64,000 nt of DNA from a bacterium (GTDB lineage: Bacteria; Zhuqueibacterota; Zhuqueibacteria; Residuimicrobiales; Krinioviventaceae), in assembly GCA_029561455.1 (NCBI GenBank), contig JAKQIY010000076.1, positions 5,150 to 69,149 of the forward strand, written 5' to 3'. Below, in pieces: positions 27,471 to 36,411 of this stretch. The notes beneath the pieces are model-generated. The model had not been told where the DNA came from, made no database searches, and was given only the letters and a program-made list of their open reading frames with translations. Position 1 is the stretch's first letter. Each line of letters starts with the position of its first letter. A program made the translations under genes and the position numbers.

Positions 27471-28904
27471 TTATCTGATAAATTCAAAAATCCTGCGCGA
27501 CAGCGCCAGGAAATCAACACACTTTAACATTTGTAAACAAAGAACATAAGTCATGCCGCCGCACCCCACTATCAGTACATTATTTACCTGGGCGTATTGC
27601 ATCACCACAATGACAATGCTTAAAATGGTGGTAGCCAGCACGAGCCGTAAAACATAATAGATCAATGCTTTCCATTCCGGAGTGGCCTGAAAAATGTTCC
27701 TGGCCGCCCAAATGGTTATCAGGAGCAGAATACTCCATTCAGTTACTATTGTTGCAATTGCTGCGCCACGGTATGATACTATTGGAATTAAAATGACATT
27801 CAAGGTCAGGTTAAACAGCAATCCAACGATTTGGAAATACAAGATTTTTTTTTGCTTGTTAATTGCTGCGTACAGGGAGACAAAAAAAGAATTTAACATT
27901 TGCGCAAAAGCGGCAAAAACCAGAATACGCAGAGATATGATCGAGCCTTCAAATTTTGAACCCAGAAAAGTCAATACAATCCAGCGAGCCATGAGTAAAA
28001 TAACAGGGATCATGGGGATGGAAAATATAAATAAATACTGGCAGCCCTTGAGGAACAATTCTGTAAGCTTTTTATAATTGTTGAAACAAACCGACAACTG
28101 TGGCAGAAATGCGGCGGAAAGCACCTGCGGGATGAGGGTAGTGAGGTTTAAAAACTTGTAACTACCGGAATACCAGCCCACATCTTTGAAATTGGTCATT
28201 ACCGAAAGCATAAGAATGGCAAGATAATTATAACAAACCGCCAACAAAACGGATAATCCAAAAGGAATAGAAGCATACAGCAATGGAACTGCCCGTTTAA
28301 ATTTAAAGGAATAACGAATGCGGATGAACTTCTTTTCGAGCAGGATAAATGATAATAATAACTTGATTATGCTGGCTATTAAAAACGAAGAAATAAAGAT
28401 ACGGATATCATAGCCCATTACCAAAAAAATAATGCCGATAAAAACAGAAAATAGTTTATCGACAGCAACCCCCAGAGTTTCATATTGAATCTTTTCAAAA
28501 GCGCGAAATACTGAAAAAGCGTTCTGGGCATAAGAACTGATGATCGACGAAAGTGAAAAAATGATAATCGAATGAAAAGCTACTTTTTCTATGCCGCCGA
28601 TTTGTAAATAAACAAGTAAAAGCGCCAGGGTAACAATAACCAGCGCCGATTTGATTCCCAAAAAGCAGGCGAACAACGGTTCGGCAAGGATCTTGCGCCG
28701 GGAACTCTCCCTGGTTAACAAGGTAGACATGCCCAGATCGGTGAATAGCGAAACAAAAAAACCGATAGCGGTAGCCAGCGAGTAAATACCGAAACCTTCT
28801 TCACCAAGGTACCGGGAGGCAAACGGGATTAATGCAAAAGCCAGCAGTGTGTAGATAAATTGCCCCAGCCCGGCAAAACCAATGTTTTTATGTAATTGAG
28901 CCAT
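27471..28904 (-). CDS. wzx: Wzx-type oligosaccharide flippase (MOP superfamily)
   Basis: 477 aa with about 12-14 TM helices. The N-terminus NIGFAGLGQFIYTLLAFALIPFASRYLGEEGFGIYSLA is typical of polysaccharide-biosynthesis (Polysacc_synt) proteins. Confidence 0.8.
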   Translation of the reverse strand: MAQLHKNIGFAGLGQFIYTLLAFALIPFASRYLGEEGFGIYSLATAIGFFVSLFTDLGMSTLLTRESSRRKILAEPLFACFLGIKSALVIVTLALLLVYLQIGGIEKVAFHSIIIFSLSSIISSYAQNAFSVFRAFEKIQYETLGVAVDKLFSVFIGIIFLVMGYDIRIFISSFLIASIIKLLLSFILLEKKFIRIRYSFKFKRAVPLLYASIPFGLSVLLAVCYNYLAILMLSVMTNFKDVGWYSGSYKFLNLTTLIPQVLSAAFLPQLSVCFNNYKKLTELFLKGCQYLFIFSIPMIPVILLMARWIVLTFLGSKFEGSIISLRILVFAAFAQMLNSFFVSLYAAINKQKKILYFQIVGLLFNLTLNVILIPIVSYRGAAIATIVTEWSILLLITIWAARNIFQATPEWKALIYYVLRLVLATTILSIVIVVMQYAQVNNVLIVGCGGMTYVLCLQMLKCVDFLALSRRIFEFIR

Positions 28905-28964
28905 AGATCAGATTATTTTACCTAGAGTCAGGAGTGGATTGTTGACAGGAATGCCATAACAAGG

Positions 28965-29378
28965 TCAGCATTTACGTGATTGTAATTCAATTATGTGCTT
29001 TTCGAGATCGGCGATTTGCTTTTCCAGTTGCATATTGCGTATGGCAATTTGCTGCACCAGCGAGCGTAAATCCTGGGTAAGCCGGGTTAATTTCAGGGTA
29101 AAATAGAGCAGCAGCGATATAATAAACAATAACCCGATCATGGTCAGGGCGGAAGCCGGGTATTGAGCGCCTAAAAAATGGGTAATGGACATTAGAACGG
29201 TATTATTAATAACTACCAATACCATGCCGACCGATACGGTCAACCAAATCAGGCCCAAACTTTCGCTGATCTTTCTGTTTTTAAGCAGATTGAATAAGAA
29301 AACAATAAACACAATACCCAATAGAACAATGATCAACTTGCCCTGTAATGAAATACCGGCGTTTGCCGTCGTTCCCAT
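28965..29378 (-). CDS. DUF2304-like small membrane protein with C-terminal coiled coil
   Basis: LKNRKISESLGLIWL..., three to four TM helices, then TRLTQDLRSLVQQIAIRNMQLEKQIADLEKHIIELQ. This family typically accompanies GT2 genes. Confidence 0.5.
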   Translation of the reverse strand: MGTTANAGISLQGKLIIVLLGIVFIVFLFNLLKNRKISESLGLIWLTVSVGMVLVVINNTVLMSITHFLGAQYPASALTMIGLLFIISLLLYFTLKLTRLTQDLRSLVQQIAIRNMQLEKQIADLEKHIIELQSRKC

Positions 29379-29399
29379 AAGAATATCTCCCGAATATAA

Positions 29400-30800
29400 T
29401 TAATGTTGTAACCGGATATTCGACATTTTTAAAACCTTTTGCTGATCGGATAAAGCTGTATCAACCGGATTTCCGTTGGTTTGCTCACGCGGTACACCAT
29501 TACCATTTACTTTCCGCCCATAGCGGATTTTTCTGGTTATGTCCCCTATTGCCATTTTTTTCGATACCAGATCGTTCATAATCAATAAACCTACAATCAT
29601 ACCCAACAGCCGGTAATGTTGCATTAATACTGCAACTATGCGATAATCAGGTGCAATCATATGATAAACCAATAGCGCTGTGTAACTGGTCAGTGTTGCG
29701 GAGCCGACATTATAAATCAGTTTATCCCTGGATCGCAAAAGCGTAAACCCGCTGACAAGTATAATTATATTGGCGATTACAAATAAAGCAAAAGCAATCA
29801 ATCCCTGTTCAGCGGCAATTAATAAATAAGCATTGTGAACAATTCGTAAACCCTGCGTTTGTTTATCGGCAAAATGCCGGTAGTTATTGAGGCCAACGCC
29901 AAAAGACTTGTTCTCATTAATAATTCGATAGGCATCTTTGGCAAGAGATGCCCGGCTGTGTTTAGCTTCACCTGCCAGTGACTCTGATGCACCGGACATC
30001 CGCGCGCTGATATTGTTGCCATATTTAACCCCCATAAAAATAATAAAAAGGATACTCAGCGTCACAAAAATAATTTTTTGCTGCCGCTTTATTTTTCTGG
30101 TATTTAAATCAAACATTGCAAAAATGGCCATAGCACCGATAAAAGCCAGCCAGGCGCCGCGTGTATAAGTAGCATACAATGCACCCAGGGAAAGACCCGT
30201 GATAATGATCCAGAGTAATTTTGGTTTTAAATTTGTAAAAAATGCAATACGAATAGCTAATGGGACAAGAGTGATCAGGTAAGCTCCAAAAGCATTGGCT
30301 ACTTGCATAGTCCCGGATACTCTGTATCCCGACGCAATTTTAAAATAAGGTATACGGATTGGGCCGACTTGCCATTGCCAAAAACCGATAAAACTCTGAA
30401 AGCCGAGACCGGTCAGCAAGCCGATCACCAAACTGGGCAGGAATTGTCGGTCGTGCAGCCGGGAAGCAATGATCAAAAAGATCAACATGGCGCGGGTTAA
30501 ATGTACAAACTGAAAGCGAAATTCGGCATAATCATAACAGACAAACTCTCCGGTTAGGGCCAAAAGGTAAAAAACCACTAGTAATAATTTAACAAAAAAA
30601 CCCAAAAACCAATATTGTGATTGCCTGCTTTTATCGGCAGTTAAAAACAGCAGCAAATACAAGGGAATATCCACTGGCATAAAAATATCGGAACCCAGAA
30701 TATCGCCATTGCGCAAATGCCCAACGATTACGGAAACACCCTGGTTGATCGATAATAAGAAACCCAGAGAAATATAAAGGACCTGAATAAAAATAGCCAT
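29400..30800 (-). CDS. O-antigen polymerase/ligase-like (Wzy_C domain) membrane protein
   Basis: At least 10 TM helices. TYTRGAWLAFIGAMAIF motif and a large loop (SGASESLAGEAKHSRASLAKDAYRI...NNYRH...HNAYL). Confidence 0.75.
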   Translation of the reverse strand: MAIFIQVLYISLGFLLSINQGVSVIVGHLRNGDILGSDIFMPVDIPLYLLLFLTADKSRQSQYWFLGFFVKLLLVVFYLLALTGEFVCYDYAEFRFQFVHLTRAMLIFLIIASRLHDRQFLPSLVIGLLTGLGFQSFIGFWQWQVGPIRIPYFKIASGYRVSGTMQVANAFGAYLITLVPLAIRIAFFTNLKPKLLWIIITGLSLGALYATYTRGAWLAFIGAMAIFAMFDLNTRKIKRQQKIIFVTLSILFIIFMGVKYGNNISARMSGASESLAGEAKHSRASLAKDAYRIINENKSFGVGLNNYRHFADKQTQGLRIVHNAYLLIAAEQGLIAFALFVIANIIILVSGFTLLRSRDKLIYNVGSATLTSYTALLVYHMIAPDYRIVAVLMQHYRLLGMIVGLLIMNDLVSKKMAIGDITRKIRYGRKVNGNGVPREQTNGNPVDTALSDQQKVLKMSNIRLQH

Positions 30801-31043
30801 AATGATACTATACTGTCATGAGTTGAGACAAATAAATAATGAGCAAAATTAGTACTTCAATAAAAACAATATTTTACAAATTCTTACTAATTTTTATCAA
30901 GTTAACACAAAATATCGGGCAATATCTGTACCATGCCGCATTATTATTAAATTGAACAGATAATAATTTTGTTTTTAGTATTTTTTTATTAGATTGTATA
31001 AAATCCACTAGCGGTAAATAGTAATATCCGGTAGTCACTAATA

Positions 31044-32060
31044 ATGAAAATACAAAAAATTTCAGAAATACAATTTAAACAAATTCTGGCATTTAATAAA
31101 CAGATTTTTCCGCAGCGTAGCGACGCCGCCGCACATTTCCGGTTTCTTTTTGTAGATAATCCTTTGGTTGCAGATAAATCGAAACCTTGTGGTCTGGTTG
31201 CCATCAATGAAAACAATGAAATATTCGGCCAGTTTCTGCTGTCGCCGGCGGAATATAATTATCGGCAGGAGATAAAGCTCTGTTATTTTGGCTGTGATTA
31301 TTATGTTGCCCAAGCATACCGCACCGGCGGCACCGGGGCATTGCTGGCGATGCAGGCGATCAATGGATACAAGCCCTATTTCACAATCGGGCCTTCACCG
31401 GAAGCGCTGCAAATCAGCCTGGCATTAAAAACCCGCTGCATTGGTAATTTGCACAAATATATCCGTTTTAAAAATGTATTAATCCCATTCAAAGCCGTAC
31501 AGCATTTACATAAACCTGTTTCTGTCGCATTTCAACACAAGCCGGTGTTATTTCCCGATAGTGTTCAAAGTAAAGGAGTAGTATTTAAAAAACTGGCCGG
31601 AGCGGATGACTGGCGCGAAGTAAGGCCGTCCGATAATCATCTTGAATTTTCCCGTTCCCGGCAATTTATGGAATGGCGGTTTTTTAGTCAACCGGACAAG
31701 TATAGCGTTTACCAGACCGACCAATTCAACAGTTACCTGGTATGTCGGGTAATGGACTGGCATGGGTTGCGGCTTTTGGCCCTGGTCGATTACCGTACCA
31801 GCCTTACCGATAGCCGGCAATTTACAGCGCTGCTCGATAGTGCATTTAGAATCGCAACCGGCGCCGGATTGGATGGAATGCTGACCATGAGTTCCCTGGC
31901 GTTTTTTGACACCAGGCTGCAAAAGAAAGGATTTATCAAAATCGGCAGACCGCAGGCAATTTTAACCAATGCGGCGCTCGACCTGCCTTTGGAAAAAATG
32001 ACAAAGCGTAATTTACTGATAACCACAATGGCAGATTGTGATATGGATTTAAATATGTAA
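31044..32060 (+). CDS. GNAT-like acyltransferase (putative)
   Basis: VAQAYRTGGTGALLAMQAI fits the R-x-x-G-x-G/A acyl-CoA-binding motif. No competing long ORF overlaps it. It is one of only three plus-strand genes. Confidence 0.45.
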   Translation: MKIQKISEIQFKQILAFNKQIFPQRSDAAAHFRFLFVDNPLVADKSKPCGLVAINENNEIFGQFLLSPAEYNYRQEIKLCYFGCDYYVAQAYRTGGTGALLAMQAINGYKPYFTIGPSPEALQISLALKTRCIGNLHKYIRFKNVLIPFKAVQHLHKPVSVAFQHKPVLFPDSVQSKGVVFKKLAGADDWREVRPSDNHLEFSRSRQFMEWRFFSQPDKYSVYQTDQFNSYLVCRVMDWHGLRLLALVDYRTSLTDSRQFTALLDSAFRIATGAGLDGMLTMSSLAFFDTRLQKKGFIKIGRPQAILTNAALDLPLEKMTKRNLLITTMADCDMDLNM

Positions 32061-32071
32061 CAAGGCAAAAT

Positions 32072-33061
32072 ATGCTGGAAGAAAATAAACTAAAGAGATT
32101 TTTCAGAAATGTGCTGGCAGCGATGCTGGCGCTATTTTTAATTATGCTGGGTTATACACAACGGGCAAAAAAACAGTACCTGCAAAACGGCTGTGTCCTG
32201 TCGATATTTTTTCACAATCCACCGCGTCGTCTCTTTCTGTCCTGCATCAAGTGGTTGAAAAAAAACGGCTTTTATTTTATTTCAACCCAGCAGTTGATCG
32301 ATTTTTTATACCTGCGTACACCTCTGTTGCCGGGCGCAGTTTGGATCACTTTTGATGACGGCTGGAAAAACAACCTGACCCAGGTCATGCCGACCATCAA
32401 ACAATATCAAATTCCGATAACTTTTTTCATTCCCACAGGTGAAATAGAAAACGGCGCCTTTTGGTTCTGCGAAGCCATTAAACATAAAAATTTATTACCT
32501 GAAGAATTGCAAATCAATCCTTTTGAAAAACTGTTACAACTCACCAACCACGAACGGCAGCGAATTATCAACGAATTATACCGCAACGATGATTATACCT
32601 CACCGGAAAACGGCGAGCCGTTTACCCTTGCCGATATAAATGAGCTTGCGGCTCTTCCCTATATCGGTTTTGGTAGCCATACTGTTAATCATGTTGTTAC
32701 AACTAATTGCGCCAGAGAAGAACTGGATTTTGAAATTCAAAAATCACGGCTGGTCCTGGAACAATGGCTGGGAGTGGAGATCACCGCGTTCGCCTATCCA
32801 AACGGAAATTATGACGGCCGTGAAAAAGCGATTTTACAAAAATATGGCTATAAAATAGCGGCAACCATCGAAGAACACCCGGTAACGTATGCAACCGATC
32901 CTTTTCTGGTGCCGAGGAATTGTGTGCTGGATGACGGTTCCTTTGCGGAAAATCTATGTCATTTGCTCGGTGTGTGGACCCCTTTTATTATCAAATTGAA
33001 ACGACTGACCAGTTGGGCGCTTAATCTTCCACAATCTCAACAAGCCCGTACTCCTTACTGA
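32072..33061 (+). CDS. Polysaccharide deacetylase (NodB homology domain), N-terminal TM anchor
   Basis: WITFDDGWKNN (the metal/catalytic DD motif), GSHTVNHV, FAYPNGNYD. Confidence 0.85.
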   Translation: MLEENKLKRFFRNVLAAMLALFLIMLGYTQRAKKQYLQNGCVLSIFFHNPPRRLFLSCIKWLKKNGFYFISTQQLIDFLYLRTPLLPGAVWITFDDGWKNNLTQVMPTIKQYQIPITFFIPTGEIENGAFWFCEAIKHKNLLPEELQINPFEKLLQLTNHERQRIINELYRNDDYTSPENGEPFTLADINELAALPYIGFGSHTVNHVVTTNCAREELDFEIQKSRLVLEQWLGVEITAFAYPNGNYDGREKAILQKYGYKIAATIEEHPVTYATDPFLVPRNCVLDDGSFAENLCHLLGVWTPFIIKLKRLTSWALNLPQSQQARTPY

Positions 33062-33419
33062 ACAACCAGGCAATCGGTTTACCGGCATACGCCACCGCCG
33101 GCACCGGGCGGGCTATACAGTGAAATCCTTTAGACCGGCTATACTTTATAGCATTTTCCAGATCGGGCACACGGTAACACAAATGCAGTAATTTCTGCCC
33201 TTTTGCCAGGCTGACGGCAACCGGACTATCCTCCCCCATCGGCTCTATCAGTTCAACCCGAACGCCATGCATATCGACAAATGCGACATGCACCTTTTGT
33301 ACCGGATCGCTGTGGATTTCGGTTTTATCACCGCTGATCTCGTGAATGGATTTCACCACCAGGCCGATATGTTCAAATACGGCGTCTTTGCCAAGCAAGT
33401 CGAGTTTAATCATGTGCAT
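33021..33419 (-). CDS. VOC-family protein, methylmalonyl-CoA-epimerase-like
   Basis: FEHIGLVVKSI...VHVAFVDMHGVRVELIEPMGEDSPV...LLHLCYRVPDLENAI follows the MCEE/glyoxalase pattern. Confidence 0.7.
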   Translation of the reverse strand: MHMIKLDLLGKDAVFEHIGLVVKSIHEISGDKTEIHSDPVQKVHVAFVDMHGVRVELIEPMGEDSPVAVSLAKGQKLLHLCYRVPDLENAIKYSRSKGFHCIARPVPAVAYAGKPIAWLFSKEYGLVEIVED

Positions 33420-35106
33420 CTCCCGGTAGTAATTTCAAATTGATATGCGCGGGAACTGGATATCCCATGCCAGTATCCCAGCAATATACATTATCTTCCC
33501 GGTAAGTCATGCCGCTGTTTTGCAGGAAACTGAGACAAGGTTTGTTCTTGGCAGTGGGTAAATACCGGGCGCACACCTGCTGCAAACCAAGAGAACGCGC
33601 ATAGTCGATTGCGGTATAAATCATGGTCTCTTCCACTTTACGACCCATTACCCGGCAGCTGAGAATAAAGTCCACAATCTGCCCCTGGTTAGCGGTAACG
33701 GTCATGCTTACAATGCCGGTAAGCCCGGAATCGCCGAATTTGTCGCTCACCCGGCACGTCCATAACCGGTTACCCGGCTGCGCCACCCAGGCCGCCAGTT
33801 CCGGTTCGGTTAATCGCCGGGTGGAGAGGTTCATCTGGTTGGTTTTGTTCAACAACTGGGCGGTGCGAGCCAGATCAACTTCAGTGAGCGGTTGTATCGT
33901 CACCTGCATTTCCAGAGTATGCAGCCAGTCATCGAGGGATTCCATTTTTTCCAGCAGCGTTTTACGTTTTCGCTCGGAAACATACATTTCAGTTCTGCCT
34001 AAATCCTCACTACTGGTGGCAAGGGTATCAAAGCAATTCAAACTTAACAGGGCGCTTTTATACAACATGGGATCGGCCGGCCACTCCGGCACCAGCGCCT
34101 CCGGTAGCGCTTCACGCACCCGCGCCCGCTCTACCGGGTTATCGTCGATGAAAACAACAGACTGCAAACCCAGGTTCAAATCACGCACCAGGTCGACAAT
34201 ATTCTGCGCCTTGTCCTGCCAGTTAATGCGCCAGCCGGCAAAATTATCGGTTTTTAACACCATTTCCGGGTGTTTTTCAATAGCTTCAAGGGCAATACTT
34301 TCCTCATTTTTACTGACCAGGCCCAACACTATACCCCGACGGCTCAATGCCTGCAATGTTTTCTGAAAATCGACATAGGCCTCGCCCACAGGATCGTGCC
34401 CGCCGAGGCGGATTTTTTCCCAACCCAGGTCGCCGACAATGCCACCCCACAGCGTATCGTCAAGGTCAAGCAGGATCAATTTACGGGCTTGTCCGCTTAC
34501 TGCCCGTAACCCGGCTTTAATATCACGCGCCGCCAGGGCAAACACCGGGTTGGCAAAGGCAATCTTGCCCATATAGTCCAGCTTGGAATTGAATGCGGAA
34601 GGGCCTGTCATTTCCAGCCATTTTTGTACAGGCAATACAATAAATTCAGCCCGGTCTTGTAAATTATCTGCCAGGCGCAGATTCATTTGCATTAATAGAT
34701 TGGAAATTCCCACACCGGTTTTTAAATCCATTACCCCCAGTCCGCGATGCCAGGTGGGGTACACCCATTGCATAATAAATACTGTCTTAACCCTGCCGCG
34801 CAGGTTGAGCAGCAGCACTGAAAACTCATCTACCTCGGCAAGAATTTTTTCCACTTGCGGCGGCATATAGTTCAGGGCTTGTTGAAAAGCCGGAAAAATG
34901 CTTTCGGGACGCGCCCAAATAACGGCAAAATCCGGATTTTCGCGCCACAGTGCATCGCCGGCATTCATTAAAGCCGGAACTACCTGGCCGAACGGGGCGG
35001 ATTTTACCTGCGTTTCCGGCAAGTCAGCGTTATTATTCAAGTAACCGGCAAGATTTTGAATATTAAAATCGGCAAGCAATACACCCCTGATCTTGTCCGG
35101 CGACAT
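33406..35106 (-). CDS. FkbH-like HAD-IIIC phosphatase/acyl-loading enzyme
   Basis: HAD motif I ILLDLDDTLWGGIVGD, VSKNEE, VFIDDNPVERARV, and a GNAT-like C-terminal domain. The 566-aa architecture matches FkbH-domain proteins. Confidence 0.8.
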   Translation of the reverse strand: MSPDKIRGVLLADFNIQNLAGYLNNNADLPETQVKSAPFGQVVPALMNAGDALWRENPDFAVIWARPESIFPAFQQALNYMPPQVEKILAEVDEFSVLLLNLRGRVKTVFIMQWVYPTWHRGLGVMDLKTGVGISNLLMQMNLRLADNLQDRAEFIVLPVQKWLEMTGPSAFNSKLDYMGKIAFANPVFALAARDIKAGLRAVSGQARKLILLDLDDTLWGGIVGDLGWEKIRLGGHDPVGEAYVDFQKTLQALSRRGIVLGLVSKNEESIALEAIEKHPEMVLKTDNFAGWRINWQDKAQNIVDLVRDLNLGLQSVVFIDDNPVERARVREALPEALVPEWPADPMLYKSALLSLNCFDTLATSSEDLGRTEMYVSERKRKTLLEKMESLDDWLHTLEMQVTIQPLTEVDLARTAQLLNKTNQMNLSTRRLTEPELAAWVAQPGNRLWTCRVSDKFGDSGLTGIVSMTVTANQGQIVDFILSCRVMGRKVEETMIYTAIDYARSLGLQQVCARYLPTAKNKPCLSFLQNSGMTYREDNVYCWDTGMGYPVPAHINLKLLPGDAHD

Positions 35107-35109
35107 GTA

Positions 35110-35403
35110 TTACTCCTTTACCAGCGCAGTAATGTGGGCAGCCAAAGATTCTACAGTGCGTAACGGGTTATCCTGCGTGAAATCGAGCATCCGATCGGCC
35201 AGAGTGATTTCAACTCCCGCCTGTTCCTGTACCTTTTGTTCAAGGCCGACAATAAAATTGATTACCCCCAGCGAATCCAGCTTGCTTCCCTGCCCAATTA
35301 TAACGGTACTTGGCAATTTTTCCAGCCGTTGTTTATGATCTAATTGTTCATTCAATTCATCAATTACTGCATATATCCATTGTATAGCTTGTTCCCGGTT
35401 CAT
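35110..35403 (-). CDS. Acyl carrier protein
   Basis: 97 aa. KLDSLGVINFIVGLE carries the DSL phosphopantetheinylation motif (Ser44). It abuts the neighbouring genes with gaps of 0 and 3 nt. Confidence 0.8.
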   Translation of the reverse strand: MNREQAIQWIYAVIDELNEQLDHKQRLEKLPSTVIIGQGSKLDSLGVINFIVGLEQKVQEQAGVEITLADRMLDFTQDNPLRTVESLAAHITALVKE

Positions 35404-36411
35404 TTATTTTTTTCCTGTATCGGTTACTATTTTGCTGTTCTCCAGATGGTATAATTTAACAATTCCATAAACGATAAAAATAATGGATAGTTCCGCGATC
35501 ACTTTGACAATTCGCACGGCAATACTAATTACTACCGCAATGCCATCCGGCACGATATACTTTAATCCTAACAATAAAATGCCTTCCAATACTCCCAATC
35601 CCGATGGCGCAAAAACCGCCAGCAAACCGATAATATTGCCAAGTGCAAAAATGCCGGTCAAATAAGGATAATAATGGAACGGTATTTGAATAAATGCTAT
35701 AATAGTATAATAAAAACTCAGGCCCAGCAATCCCCAAATCACTATGCGTAGAATAAAAATGGACAACAGGGTCATAAAATTCAAATTATAATCCAGTTTT
35801 TGGGTTTCGCCCTTGAGTTTCATCAACAGGGAAAGCTGGTAACGGATAAAACGGGGATGCACGGCGAGCAAACAAATAACCATCAGAATCCAGGAAAAAA
35901 CCCGATAATTTTGTAAAAAAGGATAATCGAAAACAATCGTTGAAAACAAATAAATAAACAAGGTGGTTATAGCCGAGATCAGCGTTTCCAGGTAAAAAGC
36001 AAACAGGGCGATCCGCCCGGAGATATTGTGCTGCTTGTGCAGAACCACGCGGCTGGCGACCAGCCCGACCTTTCCGGGGAAAAAACGCCCCAGGTAAGAA
36101 TAAAACCAGATGCGGATATTCGGCCCCAATTTCGCCCGCGAATCCAAACCGGCGATGATCTGATGATAGACAAAAGCATTCAGCAGCATAGCCGCCCAGA
36201 TCAGCAAACCGGGTATTAAAAGTTTCGAGACCTGGAAATGGAACTCTTGTTCCTGTAAATCGGCAATGTTATTTTTAAAATAAGCAAAAATATAATAAAA
36301 AATCAAAGCCAGAAAGGGAATGGTAATCCATTTTGAACCAAAATTGATCTTTTGCAGATTTTTTAAAATTTTATCCAAACGTTCTGCCAAGTTTTCCTCT
36401 CCCCTGCTCAA
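35404..36411 (-). CDS. Flippase-like membrane protein (lysylphosphatidylglycerol-synthase TM-region / UPF0104 family)
   Basis: About 8 TM helices. YLGRFFPGKVG motif. C-terminal FAPSGLGVLEGILLLGL. Overlaps the upstream GT2 by 4 nt. Confidence 0.6.
   Translation of the reverse strand: MSRGEENLAERLDKILKNLQKINFGSKWITIPFLALIFYYIFAYFKNNIADLQEQEFHFQVSKLLIPGLLIWAAMLLNAFVYHQIIAGLDSRAKLGPNIRIWFYSYLGRFFPGKVGLVASRVVLHKQHNISGRIALFAFYLETLISAITTLFIYLFSTIVFDYPFLQNYRVFSWILMVICLLAVHPRFIRYQLSLLMKLKGETQKLDYNLNFMTLLSIFILRIVIWGLLGLSFYYTIIAFIQIPFHYYPYLTGIFALGNIIGLLAVFAPSGLGVLEGILLLGLKYIVPDGIAVVISIAVRIVKVIAELSIIFIVYGIVKLYHLENSKIVTDTGKK

Noticed and set aside
27845-27853. Coding homopolymers as phase-variation switches, such as A9 in the Wzx gene (CAA AAA AAA ATC) and A/T runs of 8 in several GT genes (for example 19841, 20447, 46943).
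   Set aside because: Runs of 7-9 A/T are frequent throughout the window and mostly encode Lys-Lys or Phe-Phe in an AT-leaning genome. Without read-level length variation there is no basis for calling contingency loci.
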